A stretch of 46,422 bases of DNA, from NCBI RefSeq assembly GCF_004010195.1, contig NC_057749.1, positions 17,545,843-17,592,264 on the forward strand, given 5' to 3'. This document shows, piece by piece, positions 21,069 to 32,109 of the stretch. The DNA is from Chiloscyllium plagiosum. Taxonomy: Eukaryota. The first letter of the stretch is position 1, and every line of letters begins with the position of its first letter. The position numbers were made by a program, and so were the translations under genes. Below the pieces are notes generated by a model that made no database searches, was not told the DNA's origin, and was given only the letters and a program-made list of their open reading frames with translations.

Positions 21069-24000
21069 TTAGATGCTCTTCAACTCCTTTACTATAGCAC
21101 TCCAGTATCTCTGGATTTTACAACATGACCAGTAGCAGTGTGTAAGAGTGCTCATACTAGTGTTACATTTGGAACACCCTGGTGACACTCCTCTATTGAA
21201 CTTAGCTAGCCTCTCTGATGCCATATGAGCCCTGTATAAAATCATCAATTGCATGGCAGTGCTTTGTGAGATATTGAGATTTTCTTTACATTTTCCCAAA
21301 TATCTTCCCATGTCTCCAGTGAAATACCCTCTCCTAGTTCCTGATTCCTACAGAGACTCCCCACATCCGCTGAGACACGTCCTTTCTGTAAATAATGCAA
21401 AGTACCGACTGACAGAGTGTCTGTGCACTGGAGCATTCTTTTCTCCACGTCTGACTTGTAACACTGAGCCTGGAGCATGGTCTTCCTCTGTATGTAGTCC
21501 CTTATCTGAAAGTACAGGAAAAGGTCCATATTAGACAATCCATATTTCTGACCTATCTGGCTAAATGACGTCAAGACCTCTCCCTCGAATAAATCTCCCA
21601 AACAAGAGATTCCCTTATTCTCCCAGGCCTTAAAGCCAGAGCCCATTGTCCCATGTTTAAATCCTGGGGCTCCCACCCACAGGGTAAACGGCGAGGTCTT
21701 AGAACAATTGCCCTCGTCTTGCCTCATTATCCTCCAGGCCTTCACCGTATTTGAAATGATTGGGCTCTTACACTGCTCGGTCACGGATTGCAACTTATCC
21801 ATGAATAAATAATTAACTAGGGGACATCGTGACTGTGAGGCTTCAACGTCAAGCCAAATTGACTCTGAGTGTCCCTGCACCCAGTTACCAACATATGCTA
21901 ACAGGGCACTTATTTGATATCTCTTCAAATCCGGGGGATCCACCCCTCCCTCACCTTGCGAAAGCTGCAATTTAGTGAATTTAATTAGGAGGCTCCTGCG
22001 GCACCAAATGAAGGACCCAAACCAACCATTGAGCCTCTGTAACACTCATCTGGGTAACAACAATGGGAGCATTCTCATGGGGTACAACAGGCAGAGAAGA
22101 ACATTCATTTTAATCAGGGCTATTTGGCCTAACCATGATAATGGTAATCCCTCCCACTTCTGCAAATCCTGTTTTATCCTTTCCAATAGTCGTACATAGT
22201 TAGCTTTATACAGCTGGTGGATGGAAGGGGTAATAAAAATTCCCAAATACAAAAAGCCTTCTGACGACCATCTAAACAGGAACTGCATTCCATCCTTCAG
22301 ATCAGGCACCTCCAGTGATCCTCCCCACTGGCATGGCTTCCACTAGTTGATCCCCTATCCCAAAAAACTGCCAAATAAATTAATTTTTTGAATCAACCAA
22401 GGAACGGACTCCTCCGGATTGGCCAAGAACAAGAGGATGTCATCAGCGTATAAGAAGATCCTATGCTCCCTATTCCCACCCTTGACACCACTATTTCAGG
22501 ATCCCTCTTGATAGCCTCAGCTAATGTCTCAAGTAGGTAAAAACAATGACTGCAGATGCTGGAAACCAGATTCTGGATTAGTGGTGCTGGAAGAGCACAG
22601 CAGTTCAGGCAGCATCCGAGGAGCAGCAAAATCGACGTTTTGGGCAAAAGCCCTTCATCAAATGAAGGGCTTTTGCCCGAAACGTCGATTTTACTGCTCC
22701 TCGGATGCTGCCTGAACTGCTGTGCTCTTCCAGCACTACGAATCCAGAATAATGGCTCAATTGCCAAGGTGAATAAGTGCACTGAGAGAGGACACCCCTG
22801 TCGACTACCTCGCCCAATATTAAAATTATCTGACTTGGTGCTGTTTTGTGATGACTGCGCCTTAGAATCATTATACAATACAGCCACCCATCTAGCAAAG
22901 GATCCTCCCCAGACCAAAGCACTCTTGGAACCCAAACAGGTACGGCCATTCTACCTAGTCAAACACCTTTTCTGCATCTAGGGAGACCACCAAACCCAGG
23001 ATCAGTCTTTGCTGGCATCCCTGCACCATGTTCAGTCCCCTCCTGATATTGTTGGAGGAGTTATGGCCCTTAACAAAACCCGTCTGATCTTCTTTTATAA
23101 TATGGGGCAGGACCTTCTCCAACCTCCGAGCCAGCATTTGGATAGAATTTTAAAATCTACATTCAACAGTGAGGTTGGTCTACATGAAGCACATTCTCTG
23201 GGGTCTTTCCCTTTCTTTAAAATGATGGAGATATTAGCTTCGCGCAGAGACAGCGGCAGATAATCCTGGGTATATGAATAGCTATACATCCCCAAAAGTG
23301 GCTCCACCAACACATTTATGAATTCCTTATAAAACTCACTTGGGAATCCATCTGGCCCTGGTGTTTTGCCACCCTGGAGATGCTTTATTGCTTCCTGCAC
23401 CTCTTGTATCATCATGGGTGCATTTAACAGGGAGACCTGTTCAACGCCTATACTGGAGAGGTCCAGGATCTCAAACGAGGACTGCGTTCTCCCTGCCACC
23501 CTCCAACCGGTATAACTCTGCAAAATATTCCCGAAATCTAGCATTGATCTTCTTCAACTCACAACTAACTGTGCCAGCCCTCTCTCTGATAGATGTAATG
23601 GATTGGGAAGCATTTTTCTTTCTAGCCAGATATGCCAGATATCTACCTGGCTTATCTCCAAATTCAAATAGCTTTGTTTAGCAAAGGAGACCTTTTTTTT
23701 TGCCACCTGTGCGTGCAATGAGTCGAGAGCCACATGGAGGGCCGTGAGCCGCTGCAGCTTGACCAATGAAGGCCTATTATAATATGCTTCCTCAGCTACT
23801 TTCAGTTGGGTCTCCAGCATCAATTACTACTCCTCCCTCTGCCTCCTTCTAGTCGCAGAATACAAAATGATCAGGCCTCGTAAATACGCCTTCGTGGCCT
23901 CCCAAAGTATTGCCAGATTACAGGCCGTACCTGAGTTGATATCCCAGAAGGCCGTGATCTCTCTTGTAATGTACTCAACAAATTTGCTATCCCTTAACAG

Positions 24001-24749
24001 GAATGGGTCCATGCACCAGTGCTATGCATCCATTCCACCACACTTGATTTTAACATCTAAATACACATGGCCCAAGATAGTTATATTCCCAATTTTGCAT
24101 GCCAATGTTCTGTCGATGGCATAAAAAACATGTCAATCCACTTATGGCTCTTGTGTGGGTTGGAGTAGAATGTAAAGTCTCTTCCATTGGGGTAGAGATG
24201 CCTGTACACATCTACTAATCCTAACTCCTCACACAAGTCCACCAGCTGCTCAGATTGCGCGGGCATACCTACTGGGCCCCTTGGCACCCTGTCAGCCTCA
24301 GGATCTATTAGGCGATTAAAGTCCCCTCCTATGATCATGTGGCGCACTGCAAGATTCATTAATTTAGCCACTGCATCAATTAGAAATTTAAGAAGGTGCA
24401 CCCGGGGACAATACACATTCAGGATGCCACACTCTTCTCCATGTATTAGAGCTTTAAGAGTGATAAACCTTCTATGTTAGTCCTTAATTTGCTCCATTAC
24501 CTGGAAAGGTAGGTTCCTTCTTCCCAGTATAGCCACTCCTCTGCTATTGGAGATAAAGGAGCAGAAGAATACCCTGTCATAACCCGCCTGCTGCAGTTCC
24601 AGATGCTCCTTATCAGTTAGATGCGTCTCTTGCAGCAGGACGATGTCCACCCTTTCCGTCCTAAGGCTTGACAGCTCCTTCTTTCTTTTAATGGGGGAAT
24701 GAATCCATTTTACACTCCAGGTGCACCACCTGAACAAATCACTAGCCAT
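21069..24749 (-). pseudogene. L1 ORF2 (APE endonuclease, RT, C-terminal Cys-rich domain), multiply frameshifted
   Basis: DIVLLQETHL, IIGGDFN, GKTPGPDGFP, RPTSLLNVDFKILSK, SLDAEKVFD, RGSRQGCPLS, YADD (22450-22439), YLGI, CSKC..THCYWSC. Confidence 0.93.
22533..22749. mobile_element. Young fold-back Penelope-derived mini-element inserted in the L1 RT
   Basis: Arms 22570-22658 / 22662-22750 with few mismatches; TSD taatg(t/g)ctcaa at 22522-22532 / 22750-22760. Confidence 0.93.
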
Positions 24750-25342
24750 GGTCGTTCAGAGCAGCCTGTGGTATCCCAAGAGGAGGAAGCTTACCTGAGG
24801 TGCAGCAAGTGACAAAGACATTAACTCTATAAAGTCTAAAAACTACTCCTATAAAAGCTACTACAACTCAAAAACTAATCACGACATTTAACTTAAACAT
24901 ACACCCAAATAAACCCCAGTTCACTAGCGATCTCCCCCCTTGCCCGTAGGGGCAATCCTCCTAATCCTTGCGACCATCCTGGCTCCTTCCAGCTGAGGCC
25001 AGACCCTGCACAGATAAAGGAAACATGTTATTTACATCTTGAGAGTTAACAATGGAAGCCCACCCTTCCCCCTCCACATCTCTTTTCCACACATCTTAAC
25101 CACAGGTATAACCACCCCGATTCTAAGATCGAAGGACAGCAGCAAAATAAATCCCCAGACAATAACCAACCCAACCGAAATGATAAATAAATCAGGTTTT
25201 ACACCAAGGCAGTACAAAAACTATAAAACTGATAACCACAAAAAGGGGAGAGAGGAGAAAAAGTAGGTAGAAAAAGTAAAGAAACACTGTACCATTGTCC
25301 GTAATAGTTCCCCTTCCTCCCCCCACTCCCAACCCAAGTCTT

Positions 25343-26179
25343 TCATTTCAAAGAAGTCACAAAGTCCTTTGCCTTTTCTGCTGAATCAAAGTTATTTACT
25401 ATCCTTCCGTGAGCGATACACAACATTGCCAGGTACTTCAAGGAATTTTGAGTCTTCAGATCCCTTAATTTTGTCTGAACTTCATCAAATGCCTTTCTCT
25501 TCTTAACTATGGCTCCTGAGATGTCTTGAAAAAACATTATTTTTGAGCCTTTGTACATTAAAGCCTGTGGAGCTCTTCCCAGTCTTCTTGCTGTTTCAAT
25601 CACTAACTGTTTTTCTTTATAATGTTGGAGTCACACTAGGACCACGTGGGACCGCGGGTCTGGCCTGGACCTGTGCATTGCGACCTGGTGGGCCGACTCC
25701 ACACTCACCACGACTCTAACTCCAGCCCCAGGAACTTTGGGAGCCACTTCTCCAGGAATCCAACGATGTCCTCGCCTTCCTCGCACTCCAGGAGACCCAC
25801 GAACCATATGTTTTTCCTACTACTTTTGTTTTCCAGGTCGTCCACTTGTTCCTGACGGACCTGAACCTGGTCTTCCAGCGTTTGGACCCTTCCTCCCGAG
25901 ATCTCCGCCATGGTCTTCGATGCCACGGTCCTCTGCCCCAATGCATCTACCTACTTCGGTCCAGTGTTTGAATCTCCTGCTCCTGCTTTTTCAGCATGGC
26001 AGATATTGGCTCCATCGCTGCTTCAATCTTCTCTCTGAGTTTGGCCATCTCTGAGTGTAACTGCTTCTGTCCTGTTAGATCCAAAGGGGCTGTCCCGGGA
26101 GTTTGAACACTGGCTGCAGGCACCCTCCTGATGCAGTAGGGGAATGCCCTGCCTGCTGTACTCCTTTACTTGCCTTCAT
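25343..26179 (-). pseudogene. L1 ORF1 (coiled coil, RRM and CTD; Transposase_22-like), frameshifted
   Basis: VDDLENKSSRKNIWFVGLLECEEG and YKGSKIMFFQDISGAIVKKRKAFDEV..LKYLAML motifs; candidate ATG at 26179. Confidence 0.85.
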
Positions 26180-26243
26180 CCTGATCTTAGAGCTGTCAAA
26201 CCACAATTCTAGCAGCACCAGATGCTCAGTAACTTTATATTAT

Positions 26244-26427
26244 TGTTAAAAATCACACAACATCACATTATAGTCCATCACATTATCGGGCGGTTGTCAA
26301 CCACCTGGTGAAGGAGCAGTGCTCCGAAAGCTAGTGTGCTTCCAATTAAACCTGTTGGACTACAACCTGGGTGTTGTGTGATTTTTGACTTTGTACATCC
26401 CAGTTCAACATCGGCATCTCCAAATCA
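26244..26427. mobile_element. Fold-back Penelope-derived mini-element (AGCU family) in the L1 5' UTR
   Basis: Short inverted arm 26245-26278; core ctggtga-aggagcagtgctcc-gaaagcta at 26305-26333; 10-bp TSD tttatattat at 26234-26243 / 26428-26437. Confidence 0.88.
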
Positions 26428-26535
26428 TTTATATTATCGATTTTTCTCCTGGGGTGGTTAGCGAGGAGGGGCGTAAAGGCCCACCTTACCAGGGGGTATG
26501 GCACAGTGCCCAGCACAGCAGACCACTCAGACTGT

Positions 26536-26546
26536 CGCCATCTTGG
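26536..26546 (-). promoter_or_regulatory. YY1-type motif at the L1 5' end
   Basis: cgccatcttgg matches the YY1 consensus CGCCATNTT and lies at the inferred L1 start. Confidence 0.6.
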
Positions 26547-26576
26547 ATTTCCAATCTACAGCTTCTTGACCATCTT

Positions 26577-27117
26577 ATTTTTTTAAAAAATCATTCACGG
26601 GACATGGTCCTCTGTAGCTGGCCAGCACTTATTGCCCATCACTAGTTGCTCTTGAGAGGGTAGTACAGCCTTGAACTGCTGCAATCCATGTGCAATCATC
26701 AGTGAATCCCCCCATCTCTCCTTATGATGGAGGGAAGGTCATTGATGAAGCAGCTGAAGATGGTTGGGCCTAGCACACTACCCTGAGGGAATCCTGCAGA
26801 GCTGTCCTGGAGCTGGGATGACTGACCTCCAACAACCACAACCATGTTCCTTTGTCCCAGGCATGACTCCAAGCACTAGGAGAGTTTGCCCCCTTATACC
26901 CATTGATTCAGGATTTGGCAGGGCTCCTTGGCGTCAAAGGCTGTCCTTCTCCCCTCCCCTCTGGAATTCAGCTCTTTTGTCCATGTTTGAACCAAGGCTG
27001 TAATGAGGTCAGGAGCTGGTGGAACCCAAACTGGGTGTCACTGAGCAGATGCTGCTTAGTAACATTATTACCTTCCATCACTTTACTGATGACTGAGAGT
27101 AGGCTGATGGGATGTTA
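26577..27117 (-). mobile_element. Internally deleted CR1/L2-group LINE
   Basis: Minus strand PQGSVLGPTIFSCFINDL (about 26788-26735); tail shared with 7895-8032. Confidence 0.8.
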
Positions 27118-27228
27118 ATTATATTATCTACTTGTCATTCTGCTGGCAAAGATCTATGGTCATGCACAGCAAGATCTCTCTGACCCTCTGTATTTCCTAG
27201 GGTCTGAGTATTCATACGTACAACACAG

Positions 27229-27879
27229 ATGGCCTCCTTCTTCAAGGACCGCAATTTCCCCCCCGACGTGGTCGACGGTGCCCTCCACCGCATCTCCTCC
27301 ACTTCCCGCTCCTCCGCCCTTGAGCCCCGCCCCTCCAACCGCCACCAGGACAGAACCCCACTGGTCCTCACCTACCACCCCACCAATCTCCATGTACAGC
27401 GCATCATCCGCCATCACTTCCGCCACCTCCAAACAGACCCCAGCACCAAGGATATATTTCCCTCCCCTCCCCTATCAGCTGTCCGTAGAGACCACTCCCT
27501 CCGCGACTCCCTTGTCAGATCCACACCCCCCACCGACCCAACCTCCACTCCCGGCACCTTCCCCTGCAACCGCAGGAGGTGCAAGACTTGCGCCCACACC
27601 TCCCCCCTCACCTCCCTCCAAGGCCCCAAAGGAAACTTCCATATCCGCCACAAATTCACCTGCACCTCCACACACATCATCTACTGCATCCTCTGCACCC
27701 GATGTGGCCTCCCCTATACTGGGGAGACAGGCCGGCTACTAGGGGAGCGTTTCAGAGAACACCTCTGGGACACCCGGACCAACCAACCCAACCACAACCA
27801 ACTCAACATTTCAATTCCCCCTCCCACTCCACCAAGGATATGCAGGTCTTTGGACCCCTCCATCGCACCCTCACCTTGA
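27229..27879 (+). pseudogene. PLE ORF C-terminal part: RT thumb/linker, Cys-rich linker, GIY-YIG endonuclease
   Basis: PLVLTYHP, GTFPCNRRRCKTC, FTCTSTHIIYCILCTRCGLPYTGETGRLLGERFREH; frameshift near 27795. Confidence 0.9.
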
Positions 27880-27967
27880 CCTCTTTCCACCTATCACATT
27901 TCCAACGCCCCTCCTCCAAGTCCCTCCTCCCTACCTTTTATCTTCTCCTGCTGAACACTCTCAGCTC

Positions 27968-28003
27968 ATTCCTGAAGAAGGGCCTGTGCCCGAAACGTCA
28001 AAT
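27968..28003 (+). ncRNA. Minimal hammerhead ribozyme motif in the PLE pLTR
   Basis: AUUC-CUGAAGA(27972-27978)-A-GGGC cugu GCCC-GAAA-CGUC-aaau; ACGU palindrome; predicted cleavage after GUC (27999). Confidence 0.78.
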
Positions 28004-28491
28004 CTCCTGTTCCCTGGATGCTGCCTGACCTGCTGTGCTGTTCCAGCAATAAAGTTTCAACTTTGATCTCCAGCATCTGCAGACCTCACTTTCTCCTCTG
28101 AGTATTCATCATATACTCTCTTGCCCTGTTAACACCTGCCGAATGCATCAACTCAGGCTCTATGTGTTACCATTTGTCCAATTGACCAGCCTGTCACCAG
28201 CATCCGCTACGTGTTCTGTGAACTTACTGACCACCCCTCCTATATTCCTGCCTAGATAAAATGTGCTCTAAAACAGCAATTTCTGGATCAATATAAATAC
28301 TGGCTCAGTCAGCAGGGGGCTGTGCTGCCCTATGTTAGCAGAGAGTGCAGCTCAGTTGCAGACAGACTTGGGGAATTTATAAGCTTGAAAAAAACTTGTC
28401 TCTGAACCCCTCTTTGTCATTCCTTAGTGAAAGGCAGGCAGAGGCTGGAACTGATGTCATCAGTTTGTCACTGTGTGTGTTACGGTGTATT

Positions 28492-28797
28492 GGGGCAGCA
28501 CGATGGCTCAGTGGTTAGCACTGCTGCCTCATAGCGCCAGGGACCCGGTTCAATTCCAGCCTCAGGTGACTGTCTGTGTGGAGTTTGCACATTCGTACCG
28601 TGTCTGCGTGGGTTTCCTCCGGGTGCTCTGGTTTCCTCCCACAGTCCAAAGATGTGCTGCTCAGGTGAATTGCCCATTGTGTTAGGTGCATTGTTCGGGG
28701 GTAAATATAGGGTAGGGGAATGGGTTTGGGTGGATTACTCTTTGGAGAGTTGGTTGGGCTGAAGGGCCTGTTTCCACACTGTGGGGAATCTAATCTA
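28492..28797 (+). mobile_element. HE1-type V-SINE
   Basis: tRNA head, V-domain, CR1-like tail. Confidence 0.92.
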
Positions 28798-29184
28798 AAC
28801 TACATGTGAACAGCTGAACTAGGAGCAGGAGTCAGTTATTCGGCCCCTCAGGCCAGCTCTGCCATTCGATAAGATCATGGCTGATCTGATACAGGCCTCA
28901 ACTCTCCATTTCCACCTTGCTAACCTGTCACCCTGTTGTTACTCACAATTCTACCGCCCTCGCCTTAAAAATAAGTGGCGTCAGGTTAAAATGAGCTGCA
29001 ATTTCAGTTTTTTACAGTGCCCTCTGTAAGATACACATCGGAACACTGAGAACATGCGTTATCTCTAGACACTGGGAGATTATGTTTTATGCTCAGAATT
29101 ATTTTTTTTCACAATGCAAAAACACCTCTGGTTATCGTGATTCAAAGCTAGGTCAGGTTTAGTTACAGATCAGCTGAGAGTGAG

Positions 29185-29446
29185 GTTTTGTGTGTGAAAG
29201 TGTGTGTGTGAGAGAGTGTATGTGCGTGTATGAGAGAGATGTTGGGGCTGGTATCTGAGAGTGCGGCTGAGTGTGTGTGTGTGTGTGAGAGAGAGAGAGC
29301 GGGAGTGTTGTGAGTGAGTGTGTGTGTGCACGAATGGTATAGCTGGTATCAGGGAATGGGGCAGAGTGTGTTTGGGTATGAGTGAGTGAGTGTGTATGTC
29401 TGACTGTGTGTGTGTGTCTGAGTGTGTATGTGTGCGTGCGTGTGTG
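29185..29446. repeat. Compound degenerate (TG)n/(GA)n microsatellite
   Basis: Direct inspection. Confidence 0.85.
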
Positions 29447-30138
29447 ATGGTGGGGCTCGTATCTCAAGTAGTGCAGCGAGAGTCTGAGGGAGTGGATAGA
29501 GCTTCCTAATTCCGATATACTAAATGAGATGGTGAGTGTGTCCTGGCTGTGTTGTTACCCTCCTTTAAGGTACAGTTTTCATGAGCACTTACACTGACTG
29601 CAATGAGTCTGATTCTTTGCTGTTCAGTGTCTCAATGGGAGTCTAGAGCAAGGAAATAATAATTCTGACCATGACTGGAAATATATCGCTCTATTGGACC
29701 ATCCCACCAGTTACACAGCCCAGTACAAACTCTGACAATTCTTCACACTGCTCTACATAAAATACCTGGGTTCGAATTCCTGCTCCCCCACTTCATGGTG
29801 AAAATGTTCATTGTTAGAATGTGTGAAGGTGCTGACTGCAACTCATCCTGTCATGAATATTTCACAATTTGCGGTATCTAGGTCTTATTTGCTTGTGAGC
29901 TCAGAACATGTGGGATTTGCTGCCTGAAAACAATGCTTTAATATCTCTGTGCTATGGCAGCCTCTGGTAAAGGCAATGAATCATTCCTCCTACAGTCTCT
30001 GTACCTCGACGTGGGAAGGGAAATTGGGGTAGATGTCAGGAAGTAAATTGGGGTAAATATCAGGAAGAGCTTGGCTGTGATGTAAGTGTATGGACAGTGA
30101 CTATGTGTGAGAGGCAACAATGTCTTTGTGAGGTACAG

Positions 30139-30249
30139 AGTTAAAAATCACACAACACCAGGTTATAGTCCAACAGGTTTAATTGGAAGCTTTCGGAGCG
30201 TCACTCATTCATCAGGTGAGCGACACTCCGAAAGCTAGTGTGCTTCCAG
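30139..30249. mobile_element. Fold-back Penelope-derived fragment (AGCU family)
   Basis: gttaaaaatcacacaacaccagg..gctttcggagcgtcactcattcatcaggtg followed by inverted gagcgacactccgaaagctagtg. Confidence 0.8.
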
Positions 30250-30264
30250 GTAAAATATATTTTG

Positions 30265-30510
30265 GAATTAATATCCAGACTCATGGACTGGAGACATGAG
30301 TTCAAATCCCACCAGCACACCTGGACCATTGACCACAGTTGGGACTAAAAATCAGTTGTCAGTAATGGTGACCATGAGACTACCTAGTTGTTGTAAAAAC
30401 CTACCTGGTTCACTGATGCTCTTTAGGGAAGGAAATCTGCCATCCTTCCTTGGTCTGGTCTACATATGACTCCAGACCCACAGCAATGTGGTTGACTCTT
30501 AAGTACCCTG
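30265..30510 (+). mobile_element. tRNA-derived SINE (same family as 13225-14330)
   Basis: gagttcaaatcccacc B box; shared body sequence. Confidence 0.75.
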
Positions 30511-31094
30511 AAAAATGTCCCATGTTCACGAGTAATGAATATTGATCTTGCTGGGGAAACTAACAACTCATCAAAGAATAAAGATAAGTCATGGAGTACC
30601 AGGAAGCTATTAAAAATGTGTCATAATTTGAACAATTTGCAGTGATTTATACAAGGTCCCATAAACCAGGCAGTCATTTGCAATCAGTGCCAATCTCTTA
30701 GTCAGCACACATTTCCCACTTGTTCATTTTTCTTTGTTGATGACCTATCACTCTTTCAGCTCTCTCTTTCATTAATAACTTATTGGATTAAATGCATGAG
30801 GTGTTCAATAAATAATTAATTGACAATTGTTTTAGACAACTGTTTTCAATAAGCCTTAAAGTGTCCCACCACTAAAGTGACTGAAAATAATTTCAACATG
30901 AGAGATGCCAATCTTTCATTCCTATTTGATTGATAAAGTTTTTGTGGGATATCCTGCAGTCATGGCAAACAGCCCAGTACAGTCCTCAGGAGTGAATGGC
31001 TCCATTGAGAACATTGTCTTCCTATTAATTGTAATCCCATTGACAGGTCACTGCTTTTGTTGCTCATGATGTGAGGTGTCATTACTGCAGGATG

Positions 31095-31850
31095 GAACAG
31101 TACAGCACAGCACAGGAGCAGCCCTTCAGCCCACCATGTCTGTGCTGACCATGATGCCATTCTAATCTAATTCCATCTGCCTGCACACAGTCCATATCTC
31201 TTTATTCCCTGCCTGTTCATGTGTCTGTCTGAATGTCTCTTAAATGTTGCTATCATATCTGCTTGTAACACCTCCCTTAGATTCCCTACACTATGGGAAC
31301 AGCCCATTTGACTCAACTAGTTCACACAACCCTCTGAAGAGTAACCCACCCAGACCCATTTCCCTATGCTATATTTACCCCTAACTAATTCACTTAACAC
31401 TATGGACAATTTAGCATGACCAATTCACCTAACCTGCACATCTTTGGATTATGGGAAGAAACTGGAGCACCTGGAGGGAACCCACGCAGACACGAGGAGA
31501 ATGTGCAAACTCCACACAGTCACCCGAGGCTGGAATCGAACCTGGGTCCCTGGTGTTGTGAGGCAGGAGTGCTAACTGCTGAGCCACCGTGCCACCCACC
31601 TAGCTGAACGTTCCAGATACCTACCACCTGCTGTGTAAAAAACTTACCTCACACACCTTGTCTAAATGTCCCACTCTTGCCTTAAACCTATGAACTCTAG
31701 TGGTTGCCATTTCCACCCTGGGAGAAAGATTCCAACTGTCCGCCCTATCCATGCCTCTCACCAAGTTATATATTTCCATCAGGTTTCCCCTCAGCCTCCG
31801 ATGCTTTAGCAAAAACAGTTGAAGTTTGACTAATCTCTTCATATAGTTAA
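31095..31850 (-). mobile_element. CR1 3' end interrupted by HE1
   Basis: RRLRGNLMEIYNLVRGMDR..TRVHRFK; tail at 31095-31170. Confidence 0.85.
31277..31597 (-). mobile_element. HE1-type V-SINE
   Basis: Reverse complement of the HE1 head, V-domain and tail. Confidence 0.9.
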
Positions 31851-31978
31851 TGGAAGCAACATACTGGTTCCTTTTCTTTGCATCCTCCCTCTGGCCTCCA
31901 GATCTTTCCTAAAGTATGGTGACCTGAAACGCACTTTTCTAATTTCACCACTCAACACCAGCCTTCAGTAACAGATTG

Positions 31979-32057
31979 AGGAGAAAGTGAGGTCTGCAGA
32001 TGCTGGAGATCAGAGCTGGAAATGTGTTGCTGGAAAAGCGCAGCAGGTCAGGCAGCA
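31979..32057 (-). mobile_element. Penelope pLTR terminal fragment
   Basis: Reverse complement of 28020-28096 (ggagaaagtgaggtctgcagatgctggagatca...). Confidence 0.8.
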
Positions 32058-32109
32058 CTGTTCCTCCTCCCTGTGCCCCTCCCAATGTGGAGTCTAAGAC
32101 TGATTTTCA

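Larger units (their letters stand above)
21068..26552 (-). mobile_element. Near full-length decayed L1 LINE (5' UTR, ORF1, spacer, ORF2; 3' end missing)
   Basis: Colinear ORF1, APE, RT and Cys-rich domain fragments; 5' motif ccaagatggcg; no poly(A) tail. Confidence 0.93.
27216..28096 (+). mobile_element. 5'-truncated Penelope-like element (Neptune-type) with GIY-YIG region and hammerhead-bearing pLTR
   Basis: GIY-YIG ORF remnant followed by the pLTR; perfect 13-bp TSD tctgagtattcat at 27203-27215 / 28097-28109. Confidence 0.93.
27135..28200 (-). mobile_element. Old CR1 RT fragment hosting the Penelope insertion
   Basis: MNTQTLGNTEGQRDLAVHDH on the left flank, continuing right of 28097. Confidence 0.6.

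Noticed and set aside
17242..22750. MITE or DNA transposon interpretation of the palindromic elements
   Set aside because: Arms are unequal (one has an extra tail), TSD length varies from 9 to 18 bp, and the sequence is homologous to the 3' end of the GIY-YIG retroelement at 27216-28096.
28306..28323. CTCF-like motif tcagcagggggctg
   Set aside because: A single imperfect match is expected by chance in 46 kb and there is no supporting evidence.
29159..29467. His/Thr-rich 102-aa ORF
   Set aside because: Translation of the (CA)n strand of a microsatellite.
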